From NCBI GenBank assembly GCA_038227875.1, contig JBBRPR010000038.1, positions 1-64,000 on the forward strand: DNA of 64,000 nucleotides. The letters run 5' to 3'. The stretch's first letter is position 1. Every line of letters begins with the position of its first letter. A program made the translations under genes and the position numbers. This stretch comes from Planctomycetota bacterium. Its GTDB lineage: Bacteria; Planctomycetota; SZUA-567; H5-PLA8. Below the pieces are notes generated by a model. The model had not been told where the DNA came from and did not search any database. It was given only the letters and a program-made list of their open reading frames with translations. Below, one piece after another: positions 1 through 10,000 of the stretch.

Positions 1-418
<418 letters not shown>

Positions 419-666
419 ATGTTATTCTTTTGAAGTTCCCACTGCCGTACCGATATTGCTATCGTAACAACAGCGGGGTTCCAGTTCGATCAAGAGTCAG
501 ACAAACGTGATTTTCACATTCATCTGCTCGGTATTTGTCACTTATTTTGGTCGCCGCACAACAGCCCCTTCAAAGATCGTCGCCTCACGGCGTCGACCCT
601 TTAAGAACTATTGCGTGGCTTAGACCCACACATGGTTCTTTTAGTGCGTGCTAACTGCCTATGAAT

Positions 667-678
667 TTTTCAAAGAGC
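667..678 (-). promoter_or_regulatory. boxA-like antitermination element in the rRNA leader
   Basis: Minus strand GCTCTTTGAAAA, about 250 nt upstream of the 16S 5' end, resembling the boxA consensus GCTCTTTAACA. Confidence 0.6.
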
Positions 679-944
679 CGAACTTAAAATCTACACGTCA
701 ACTTCAAATCTGTTTAACGACGACGACAAACGGTCCAAGCCAACCCATTTCAACCGGAGAAACTTCCGCGTTTAAGACTTCGCGGAAAAACCGGTATGGA
801 GGCCGGAACCGCTGACACGTCTTGTTTCGCTGTCTGTTCGTCGTTCTTTTTCTACTTCGTCTGTTCGTCTTTCTTGTTCGTTCAATCTCAATCGCGTCGC
901 GCGTTCTTTCGAGCGCAACTGCGTTCGTTACTGCGATGGGGAAT

Positions 945-973
945 AACTTAACTCCGACCCCCTCATCTGTCAA
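945..973 (-). promoter_or_regulatory. sigma70-type promoter of the rRNA operon
   Basis: Minus strand TTGACA (973-968), 17-nt spacer, TAAGTT (950-945), pointing towards boxA and the 16S gene. Confidence 0.7.
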
Positions 974-1598
974 CGCAGATTTGATTCTTTGCGGGAAAAT
1001 TTTTAATGGAGGACAAAGCTATACACCACAACGAGTTGCGCGTTGTATTGAAACACCGCTCGAAAATTTCATAGGCTCAAAGCCTGTTATACCTGAGCGC
1101 TTGGCCTTCAATACCTGCACTTGAGCAGCACTCGAAATTCGCTTTTTGCAATGCCCTCCGCGACCCTCATTCTCACTCAGTGTGCTTAAAACAACACACC
1201 TTAAGCGCTTTGTTTTCAACAACTTCCAGTGTTTCAAGCCCGCTTTCGGTGCAAACTTCCGATTAAGCAAATGAGTTTCCAGAGTCCGTCGAAATCGAAT
1301 TCGTACGTGATCCGCATCAACGCTTCATGTGACCGCAAACACCGTTCGGAAAAATTTCACGCGCTCTCCGCAGCACGCGATTTCTCCTATGAGAATTGGC
1401 CTCGTGATTTTTTCGACAGACACGCGGTTTGCGTTTGTGCGGGTCTCTGCAAGCGCGGCGGTGGCGCGCCATATCCACAGCATAAAGGCGTGCTGCGCGC
1501 TTCCGCCTTCCTTCTTGATCGCAGGCGCCTGGCCGTTAAAACCACTCTTTCGGATTCACTTCTTGTTTCGGAAATCTCATTTCTCATAGGAGAACGTC

Positions 1599-2246
1599 GT
1601 GAAAATTGGCAAGAACGAAAAGCTCGTCATGATCGGCGATTCGATTACCGACGCCGGCCGCGCGCGCCCCATCGGCGAAGGTCTGTTTGATGCAATCGGC
1701 AAAGGCTACGTCGGAAATGTGGATGCGCTGCTGTGCGCGACGTATCCGGAGCTGGGCATTCGCATCACCAATGTCGGCTCCAGCGGCAATACCGTGCGCG
1801 ATCTGAAAGCGCGCTGGCAGACGGACGTGCTGGATCTGAAGCCCGATTGGCTTTCGATCATGATCGGCACGAATGATGTATGGCGGCAATTCGACATGCC
1901 CCGCCAGAAGGAGTGCCACGTTATGCCCGAGGAATACGAGCGGATTTACGAGGAGCTGATCTCCCAGACGAAACCAAAACTGAAGGGATTGATCCTGATG
2001 ACACCCTTCTACATCGAATCCAATCCTCAGGACGCGATGCGCGCGCAGATGGATCGCTACGGCGCGATCGTGAAAAAACTCGCGACCAAGCATGACGCGA
2101 TTTTCGTCGACACGCAGGCGGCGTTCAACGCGACGCTGAAGCATCTCTACGCGGCGACGCTGGCCTGGGATCGCGTGCACCCGAATCAGATCGGCACAAT
2201 GGTGATCGCGCGGGCGTTTTTGAATGCGATTGGGTATCAGTGGTGA
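1599..2246 (+). CDS. SGNH/GDSL hydrolase family esterase
   Basis: Motifs IGDSIT, GSSGNT, IGTND and DRVHP (blocks I, II, III, V); AGGAG RBS before a GTG start. Confidence 0.93.
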   Translation: MKIGKNEKLVMIGDSITDAGRARPIGEGLFDAIGKGYVGNVDALLCATYPELGIRITNVGSSGNTVRDLKARWQTDVLDLKPDWLSIMIGTNDVWRQFDMPRQKECHVMPEEYERIYEELISQTKPKLKGLILMTPFYIESNPQDAMRAQMDRYGAIVKKLATKHDAIFVDTQAAFNATLKHLYAATLAWDRVHPNQIGTMVIARAFLNAIGYQW

Positions 2247-2251
2247 AGAGC

Positions 2252-2275
2252 AGGACTGAGGACTGAGGACTGAGG
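2252..2275. repeat. Heptamer tandem repeat (AGGACTG)x3
   Basis: Read directly just after the SGNH stop codon. Confidence 0.8.
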
Positions 2276-2303
2276 AAACGCGCCGCTTTCAGCGGCGCGT
2301 TTT
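2276..2303 (+). terminator. Probable intrinsic terminator
   Basis: AAACGCGCCGCT-TTC-AGCGGCGCGTTT hairpin ending in a short T run. Confidence 0.7.
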
Positions 2304-2471
2304 CATTATCAGATGTAGCGGTTTACCTATGAAAATTGACGCTGAACACGTGCAGCAACTTTATTGATACTTTCGAAAGATAAATCTTTACAATGTATTT
2401 GGCGGGTGTATTATTCCCCTGTGAAGTGAAATGCAGGTTATTCAATGCGACAGCGACACGAGGGGACAACG

Positions 2472-3050
2472 ATGCTCAGCTCGAATGCTTCATCCCAGAC
2501 TTCCAACCTGACTTTCGAATCGCGTGTGCTGATCGTGGGCACGAGCCTCAATGCGGGATCCAAGTCGTGGATCATGGCCAATGCGGCCGGCGAACAGTTG
2601 CGCGCACGGGGCGTGGCGGTGGAGCTGATCTCCCTGCGCGATTTGAAATTGCCGTTCGCGGGCGAAGCGGAAGGCGATCGCGCGGCGGATGTCGCGAAGA
2701 TCAAGGCGGCGTTCAAGCGCGCCACGCATATCGTCCTGGCGATGCCGATCTACAACGGCGAAGTCAATGCGCCGGCGCGCAACCTGGTCAATCTCGGCTG
2801 CGATTTCCGCGACAAGACCGTCAGCTTCCTCTGCGCAGCGGGCGGCGACCGCTGCTACCTCGGCGTCTACCCACTGGCCAATTCGCTGATGCTCGAATTC
2901 GAATGCTGGATCGTCCCGCGCCACGTCTACGCGACGGGCAACGACTTTGCCGCCAACGCCATCTCCAACCCCGACATCCTCAAGCGCATCGACGCGATGC
3001 TCAACGCGCTGCTGAGCCGCCAGCCGGCTCCCGCGTTGGCCGTCGCTTAA
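2472..3050 (+). CDS. NADPH-dependent FMN reductase (flavodoxin-like fold)
   Basis: GTSLNAGSKS phosphate-binding loop, MPIYNG and NLV motifs. Start moved to ATG 2472, which follows a GAGGGG RBS. Confidence 0.85.
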   Translation: MLSSNASSQTSNLTFESRVLIVGTSLNAGSKSWIMANAAGEQLRARGVAVELISLRDLKLPFAGEAEGDRAADVAKIKAAFKRATHIVLAMPIYNGEVNAPARNLVNLGCDFRDKTVSFLCAAGGDRCYLGVYPLANSLMLEFECWIVPRHVYATGNDFAANAISNPDILKRIDAMLNALLSRQPAPALAVA

Positions 3051-3096
3051 CGAGTGTTCGATTTCATGGGTCCTCTTTAAATAAAGGAGCACGACT

Positions 3097-3513
3097 ATGG
3101 CTGCCTATCTGGAACACGCGAATATCACGGTCAAGAATCTCGACAACGCCGTCCGTTTCCTCACCTTGGCGTGCCCGAATTTCAAGGTGCGCGGGCAGGG
3201 CCGCGGCAACGATGGCCAGCGCTGGCTGCACATCGGCACCGACCAGGCGTACTTGGCGATCAACGAAGACGTCCGCGTCAACGAAGCCCGCACGATGTAT
3301 GCGAATTCGGGCTTGAACCACGTGGGCATCGTCGTCGACGACGCCAAGGAGGTGCGGAAGAAGCTGACCGAAAATGGCTTTCACGAAGGCTTCGTGCCAC
3401 CCAAGCACCCGCATCGCGAACGCATCTATTTCTTCGATCAGGACGGGCTGGAATGGGAGTTTATTGAGTACTACACAGACGATCCGGCGAAGCGGAATGA
3501 CTACGCGCTGTAG
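3097..3513 (+). CDS. VOC (glyoxalase/bleomycin resistance/dioxygenase) family protein
   Basis: LEHANITV, LNHVGIVV and IYFFDQDGLEWE motifs; AAGGAG RBS. Confidence 0.92.
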   Translation: MAAYLEHANITVKNLDNAVRFLTLACPNFKVRGQGRGNDGQRWLHIGTDQAYLAINEDVRVNEARTMYANSGLNHVGIVVDDAKEVRKKLTENGFHEGFVPPKHPHRERIYFFDQDGLEWEFIEYYTDDPAKRNDYAL

Positions 3514-3551
3514 CGCGAAATTCAAAATTATAGAACGCACGCGGAAGGTCA

Positions 3552-3683
3552 TGGTGCCACGGATGTGCGGACGCTTGAGCGTAGCGATAGCGTCCTCTCA
3601 TCCGTGTTTGCATCTCGGACGCGCAACGCACGGATGAATAAACTTCTTCGTTGCACTCAGAAGTTTATGCATCCGTGGCACCA
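3552..3683. repeat. REP-like multi-arm palindromic element
   Basis: Outer IR TGGTGCCACGGATG/CATCCGTGGCACCA encloses three inner hairpins: GGACGCT/AGCGTCC, TCATCCGTG/CACGGATGA and ATAAACTTCT/AGAAGTTTAT. Confidence 0.7.
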
Positions 3684-3710
3684 GTCCGATCCGCGTGCGT
3701 TTTTGAACTT

Positions 3711-6700
3711 TTAATTTTGAATTTCTTCAACAACGATCTGCCGGTAATCATGCCTCTCCACCGGCACCACAATCTCGCCCGAGCTTTCCACCGTCAGCGG
3801 CGCCTGGGTCTCGGCGTCGTAGACCTTCCACTGCCCGCGGTCGGGCAGGGCGAGCTTTGCGGCGTCGAGCTGGATGTGGGCGTCGATTTTCTCGCCGAAA
3901 TTGGTGACGGCCAGCAGGATCTTCGATTTGCCGTTCTTGTTCGGGCGCGTCCAGGCTGACATCTTCACGTCCTTCGCGTCGGTCTTGAAGCCGGGCTCGC
4001 GCTCCCAGTAACCGATGAAGCGGACGTCCTTCGCTTCGATGCCGAAGCGGTCGCGTCCGATCGAGACTTCCGGATTGAGCGCGTTGCCGTTGGCGGTGGC
4101 GAGCGTGTCGGTGAGGATCACCGTGCCGGAGTAGGCGCGCATGGCCTTCACCAGCTTGGCGTGATCCCAGTCACCCTGATGCTCCTGCAGGAAATTGACG
4201 GCCACGCCCCACTGGCCGGATTGGTCGAAGCGCAGGCGCTCCAGGCTCCAGCAGTCCATGAAATCTTTGTTCATCTCCGCATAGATCACGTTCAGTTCGC
4301 CGTCGAGCGCGATGTCGCCGGCGCCGATCCACGGGATGATCATGTTGTTGGTCATGTGGAGAACGATCTTGTTGGCCTTGCCCTGCTCCAGGAACGCGGC
4401 TCGCATGCGCAGAAAGTAGCGGCGCGTGTCGAACATCTGGTACGTGGGCTGGATGCGGCCGTCGGGCAGGCGGTAGCCGCGTCCGGCGTCGATGTTGTCG
4501 TCGGCGAGCGGATTGACGTTGTCGACGTAGAAGCCGTCGATGCCGGTGGTCTTCGCCCACATGCCGAGATTGTGAATGACGAAATCGCTGAATGTCTTGC
4601 CGTAGTACAGGCCACGGCTGACGGAGGTGCGCCACTCGTCGCCGAAGTAGGCAATCTCCGGGACGTAGTCCTTGCCGATGGCGATGTGTTCGAAGTACGG
4701 CACGGCGGTCTGGTGGTACTTCTCGATGCCCATGATGTACTTCGACGTGGCCTTGTGGTGCTCGTCGACCATCTTGCGGCATTTCTCGGCGTCGAGCGTG
4801 AAAGGGATCGAGGTAAAGATAAGGTGCCCGCCTTTGGGTTCGACGCAGGCGAAATCCTTGAACGAGTCGCCGGTCCACCACGGATCCATGCGCCAGCCTT
4901 CGTGAATCGGTTTCACCGGCGTGGCCTGAAATGCAAACGTGATCGAGCGCGGTTTATCGATGGTAAAATTGGAACTGATCAGATTCAGCACGAGGTCCGT
5001 GTGTCCTGATTTGTCACGGCGAACTTCGATGGCCGGCGTCTTCTCATCCGGCACCCAGCCTTCATCGCTGTCGGCAAACCAGCAGAGTCCCGCGCGCGAG
5101 TTTCCGATCCAGAGGTACGGGATGAACGAGCCGGTGAGCATCGGCTGGCCGTCGACCGTCAGGCAATCCCAGATGCGGCCGGTTTTATCCTTAGGTAGCG
5201 CACCGTAGAAAAATCCGTAGCGGATCCCCTCCCCCGTCGCGTGCAGCAGTTCCGCGAATTCGTCTTTCAGCGGCACGATGACCTTGAGCGACTTCACGGC
5301 CGTGGCTTGCGTGGGCGTAATCGTCAGATCAACTTTGTACATGCCGTCGAATTCGGTCGTGACGGTGCTCGACAGATCGAGCGTTTTCAGCGTGCTGGTC
5401 ACGCGCGCCACGGCGCGGTGTTCGGCCTGAGAGAGCTGTTCGGTCTTCACGCCTTCCGCTTTGGCCGTGGTTCCGTCCGCGAGTTCCGCGGTGAGCTCCG
5501 CGGGGGCCGCGAGCAGATCGAGTTCCTGCGAGCTGACCTGCTTCGGCAAACCGGCAGCGCCGAGGGTCATCGTACGGCCCCAGACTTTCGTGCTGTCTTG
5601 AGCAACGACGACCGGCGTCCACGGCGCGATGACTTTTTCGATGTTGCCGAGGCTCGTGTTCCACCACGGGAACGTGGCCGGGTCCTTCTTTTCGAACTGG
5701 GCGTCGCGGGTCAACACCACGGCGTTGTCTTTGGCGTAGGCGATCAGCGTGGTGGTGTACTTGCCCGGCGCGAGGTCGGCGAGTTTCACCACGCCGCGGA
5801 CGTAGGCCAACTCATCAAGCGGCAGATCGGTTTCCGCCATTACTTTCTTGTTCGCATCGGTGATGGCGACGTGGGTGCGTGCGATGGTGGCGCGGGCGTC
5901 GTAGTTGATGAAGTCGCCGTTCACGCGCACGTAGTTGTGGACGGGATTGAATTCGAGCGAGAGCGCGACATCGTCGCCACGGTCGTTCAGTTTTTCATGA
6001 AGCGGCTTCAGGTCGTTGAACTTCAGCGGGGCGCTCCAGTCGAGCAGCATGGTTTTGCGGTCGGCCGACGTCACGCGGATGCGGTAATTGCCGGCGCCAG
6101 GCTTCAGGACATCGAAGCCGGCTACGACTTCAGCACGCTTGCCGGCGTCGAGCTTCAACTGGCCTTCCTTCTTCTCGCCGGAATCACTTTCGAGCGACCA
6201 GGCCAGCTCGGCGGCGTCGCGTGAGACGGCGGCAAGATTCAGGCCGAACGACTGCTTTTCGGGATCGGCGATGCCGAGGAGGTGAAGCGCCGGTGCGGTC
6301 TTGGAAAGCGTGCAGCGGGAGTAGCTATCGCGCACGGAAAAGCTGCCGCTGCCGCCGATGGAATTCTGTTCCCACGGCCGCTTGAAATTGCGCACGACCA
6401 GCAGGTTGAAGTTGAAACCGTCTGCGAATGGCGTGGCTTTAAAAATCGAGGCACGCGGAATGGCGACTTCCATCTCCCAGTTTTTGCCGTCCGGAGTCAG
6501 CCGGTTTTTCGGCGTCCAGTTGCTGTTCCAGCCCACGCGCATGTTGCCGACGGCCGGTTCATGGAGCACGTCGTACCGCGCGCCGGTGAAATTGGAGAGG
6601 AACTGAAAAAACGACGGCTGTCCGTCGAGCGTCTTGGTGCCGACGTCGAGCCAGATCTCGTAGCTGTCGTCGAAAACCACGGCGGCGCTTTCTTTGCTCT

Positions 6701-7022
6701 GCCGGTACGCCTGGATCAGCCGTTCGCCCTCGCGCAACGGCGAACGCATCGCGACGTAGAGATTTTCGTCGTCCCACATCAGCCAGAAGCGTGCCTGTCG
6801 CGCGCTGACCAGATGCTCCGTGTTCTGCAGCGCGTTCAAGCTCAGCGCGCCGGACCACTCCGCGTCGTCGACGGTGCCGTCGATGGTGGGCTTGGTTTGA
6901 GCGAACGGAATCGTCAGCGCGGGAGCTTTGTAGTCGGCACTGACGCTCTGCGCGGCCGCCGAACCTGCGATCAAACTCAGCAGGAGAAGTCCGCAAACGA
7001 GGCCAAGTCGATCCAGATTCAT
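3711..7022 (-). CDS. Secreted glycoside hydrolase-like protein (CBM9-like N-terminus, DUF6067-like region)
   Basis: Signal peptide; PTIDGTVDDAEW...WDDENLYVA CBM9-like start; EFDGM, GLCWFADSD and IDGFYVDN motifs typical of these uncharacterised GH-like proteins; AAGGAG RBS. Confidence 0.75.
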   Translation of the reverse strand: MNLDRLGLVCGLLLLSLIAGSAAAQSVSADYKAPALTIPFAQTKPTIDGTVDDAEWSGALSLNALQNTEHLVSARQARFWLMWDDENLYVAMRSPLREGERLIQAYRQSKESAAVVFDDSYEIWLDVGTKTLDGQPSFFQFLSNFTGARYDVLHEPAVGNMRVGWNSNWTPKNRLTPDGKNWEMEVAIPRASIFKATPFADGFNFNLLVVRNFKRPWEQNSIGGSGSFSVRDSYSRCTLSKTAPALHLLGIADPEKQSFGLNLAAVSRDAAELAWSLESDSGEKKEGQLKLDAGKRAEVVAGFDVLKPGAGNYRIRVTSADRKTMLLDWSAPLKFNDLKPLHEKLNDRGDDVALSLEFNPVHNYVRVNGDFINYDARATIARTHVAITDANKKVMAETDLPLDELAYVRGVVKLADLAPGKYTTTLIAYAKDNAVVLTRDAQFEKKDPATFPWWNTSLGNIEKVIAPWTPVVVAQDSTKVWGRTMTLGAAGLPKQVSSQELDLLAAPAELTAELADGTTAKAEGVKTEQLSQAEHRAVARVTSTLKTLDLSSTVTTEFDGMYKVDLTITPTQATAVKSLKVIVPLKDEFAELLHATGEGIRYGFFYGALPKDKTGRIWDCLTVDGQPMLTGSFIPYLWIGNSRAGLCWFADSDEGWVPDEKTPAIEVRRDKSGHTDLVLNLISSNFTIDKPRSITFAFQATPVKPIHEGWRMDPWWTGDSFKDFACVEPKGGHLIFTSIPFTLDAEKCRKMVDEHHKATSKYIMGIEKYHQTAVPYFEHIAIGKDYVPEIAYFGDEWRTSVSRGLYYGKTFSDFVIHNLGMWAKTTGIDGFYVDNVNPLADDNIDAGRGYRLPDGRIQPTYQMFDTRRYFLRMRAAFLEQGKANKIVLHMTNNMIIPWIGAGDIALDGELNVIYAEMNKDFMDCWSLERLRFDQSGQWGVAVNFLQEHQGDWDHAKLVKAMRAYSGTVILTDTLATANGNALNPEVSIGRDRFGIEAKDVRFIGYWEREPGFKTDAKDVKMSAWTRPNKNGKSKILLAVTNFGEKIDAHIQLDAAKLALPDRGQWKVYDAETQAPLTVESSGEIVVPVERHDYRQIVVEEIQN

Positions 7023-7047
7023 TTTTTCTTCTCCTTATTTATCAATA

Positions 7048-7067
7048 TAATACAACTTACTGTATTA
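7048..7067. promoter_or_regulatory. Palindromic operator candidate TAATACA-N6-TGTATTA
   Basis: Perfect inverted half-sites in the AT-rich gap upstream of the 1103-aa gene; a near-identical copy lies at 11163-11180. Confidence 0.55.
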
Positions 7068-7098
7068 AATTGTTTTTACAATATGGAACTTCTGCTGA

Positions 7099-10000
7099 TT
7101 ATTTTTGAGCTGCGCCTCCATGCTGGGTAATAAAGTGGCGGAGCGCCGGCTGGCTATAGGTGTCGCCGTACCGGGCGTCGATTGCCGTTTGCGCCAAGGC
7201 GACGGCCTCGCGACTGCGGCCTTTCACTTCAAGCCACTGCGCCAGCCACAGGCGCCACTCCACGCACCACATGTGATGCGGCCATTTGGCGGTAGGCACC
7301 GGTTCGCGCTTTTCAAAAAACATCTCGGCGAGTTCCAGCTGCGGGCCCGCGAGGCGGTTGACGTAGTCTTTCCGGACTTCATCGGCCAACGCGCCCTTGA
7401 TCAAGCCCAGGCTGACGAGCATGACCTGGCGCAGATACGGATTGATCATGCGGATTTCACGGCGCGGTTCCAGATGCTCGACGTTGAGCAATGACGCGGC
7501 GCGTTCGAAGTCGCCGAAGTCGTGAGCGATCTGCGAGAGCGCCACCCTTTCCATGAGCTCCTGGCCCGCGACGGGGCGGGTGCGCCAGAAATTCAGCCAG
7601 CGCTGGAGCAGTTCGGTGTGTCCGGTCTCGACCAGAGCGAAGGCGACATCACGCATATACCGTAGCGAGCCGCCGACCTTGGCATGCTCCAGGACCATGT
7701 CCATTATTTTATCGGCGCCAGTTAGGTCTCCGGCTGCGACGTGCGTGAGGATCAAGTCAGTGTAGCCGGGAATCTTTTCCGGAGTCATGATGTCGTACTT
7801 GACGTCGCGGCAGAACGCGTTGAAGCGCTGGAGATTTCCTGTTCGAACCGCCACATGCAAAGTCAGTCCGCTGGCCCAATCAGCGAACATGAAATTCCAA
7901 CCGGTGAGTTCCCGGTCATCGTAAATCAGCAGGTCGTCCCGGCCATTGGCCAGCGCGGCCCACATCAAATGAGGACGGCAGAGCAGATTCTGGCGCTCGG
8001 GAATCGCGGCGTAAAGTTTCTGCATTTCGGCGAGCGCGGCGGACCAATCGCCCAAGAGTCCGTCGATGCGAGCCAGTTGGTTGAGGATATGCAGTTGGGT
8101 CGACGTGGGCGGCCAGAGCGCCTTGCCGGTCAGAGTATGGAGTTGCTGAAGCAGGCTCAGCGTCTCCGTGAGCGGCATGCCATGAAACGTATCGATGTTG
8201 ATAAAGAGAACCACCGACGGAGTGAGCCGCCAGCGGGCCTGGCTGTCGGGAAAGCGGTGAATCACGTCACGGGCCAGTTCCAACCCCCGCCAGGGTTCTT
8301 TCAGTTCGCGGAGTTCAATCACGGATTGTTCGGCCAGCGCATAGGGCTCCATGACCGTGCCGGCCAGAGCTTGAAAGGCCTGCCGCGCCTCGTCCTTGCG
8401 CTTCAGCATGCCCAGGCTCATCGCCCGCTTCAGCTGCGCTTCGAGACCTTCGAGACGATTGGGCGCGCGTTCGGCGATTTCGCGGTAGCGCTCAAGCGCG
8501 GCTTCGTAGGCGCCGTAGCGGTAAAGATTGTCGGCGCTGCGGATGGCCGGAACCTGAAGTCCCCAGACCTTGCGATGAATTTCCAGCGGCCGGATGTGTG
8601 TGCCGCCGACGAAGGAATAGAAACCGATGTAATTGCCGGGAAAGCTGAAGAGTTCGCGGTAGGCAAAGATCTGCTGGCCATCGACATAACAATGGAGCCA
8701 GCCTTCCTGTTCCTGGTATTCCAGCTCGAGTTTATACTTCCGTCCGGGCACGGCAGGACCGCGTACCGCGGCGACGCCCGAGCCGGTGCGGCTGAGTTTG
8801 CTGATGGTGTTGAATTCCGCGCCGAACTGGAAGATGTAACCCAAACGGAACGTCGGTTCGAGGGTCGCGGCGCCGATCAACGCCAGTTCGCCCATGTTCT
8901 CGTCGATCCAGCCTTCGGCAACGAAACGGAACGAGCCCTGCACGGGAACTTTCCAGAGCAGAATGTGTTCGTACCCGCCGCAGGAGATCGACGTGAAAAA
9001 TCCGTCTTTCAATTCGAACCGGCCGACAACCGGATTCCATTCCTCTTCAACCAGCGGGTGTTCCGGGCCGAAACGGGTAACGATCCATTCCGCTTCGCGG
9101 CGCACGAAGCGGCCGAGTTTCTCCGAGAATTCAAGCGCCGTGATGCGCGCGGCCGGATCGGGCTTCAAGGCGTTCAGACAGATTTCCGAGAGCGTCGGAT
9201 CGATGCCCACTTCCGGCTTGAGTTGTTCGGGCGGCACCACCGTTCCGGCGGCGAGAAGCCGCAGGGTTTCGTCGAGCGTCGCACCTTGAAAGGGCGCGCG
9301 CAGGGTCAGTATCTCGTAGAGCATCGCGCCGAGCGCAAAGACGTCGGCAGCGGGTCCGGGTGGCGCGAAGTTGGGCGGGACCTGTTCGGGCGCGAGGTAC
9401 CGCGGCGAGCCCGCGATCATGGAGAGCGATAGCGAATTCGGATTGGGCCCTCGCGTCAGTGCCGAGGAACTCGCGCCGCAACCCCAGTCGATCACCGTCA
9501 CTTCGCCAAAATCGCCAATGACCAGATTCGACGGCGTGAGATCCAAATGCGCGACGCCGCGCTGGTGCGCGTAGGCCATCGTCTCCGAGGCGCGTTGCAG
9601 CACTTCCAGCAGCCGATTCTGACTGTAATCGCGCGTGAACTCCAGATTTCCGGCGCGGTGCTGGTCCAGCACATACGCCAGCGAGAATCCGTCCAGCGGC
9701 TTCATCGTGTAGTAACGGCGACCGTCCAGATCGCGCCCCATGTTGTGAACGGTGACCACGCCGGGATGATTGAGCGAAGCGGTGACGCGCGCCTCCTGCT
9801 CGAAAGCTTTCGTCTGTTCTTCCGTGAGGTGCGACGTGAGCGGCCGCTTGAGCGCGATTTCGCGATTGAGTTCCGGCTGCTTGACCAGCAACACCTCGCC
9901 ATTGCTGCCCGTGCCCAGGCGGCGGACAAGCACGTGGCCGTCGATTTTCTCCTGCAAATTATCAGCGAGGCGGATGGCTGGATCGCCGGCGCCAGACGTC

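Noticed and set aside
704..1589. Short ORFs upstream of the 16S gene
   Set aside because: They overlap the rRNA promoter/leader and the SGNH promoter region, with atypical composition and no motifs.
3552..3683. Possible tRNA (cloverleaf-like fold)
   Set aside because: Too long, stems of the wrong lengths, and no T-loop GTTCRA or D-loop consensus.
7741..9432. 563-aa plus-strand ORF, and similar ORFs at 38312-39742, 11544-13169 and 4161-5009
   Set aside because: Antisense to genes with clear domain motifs.
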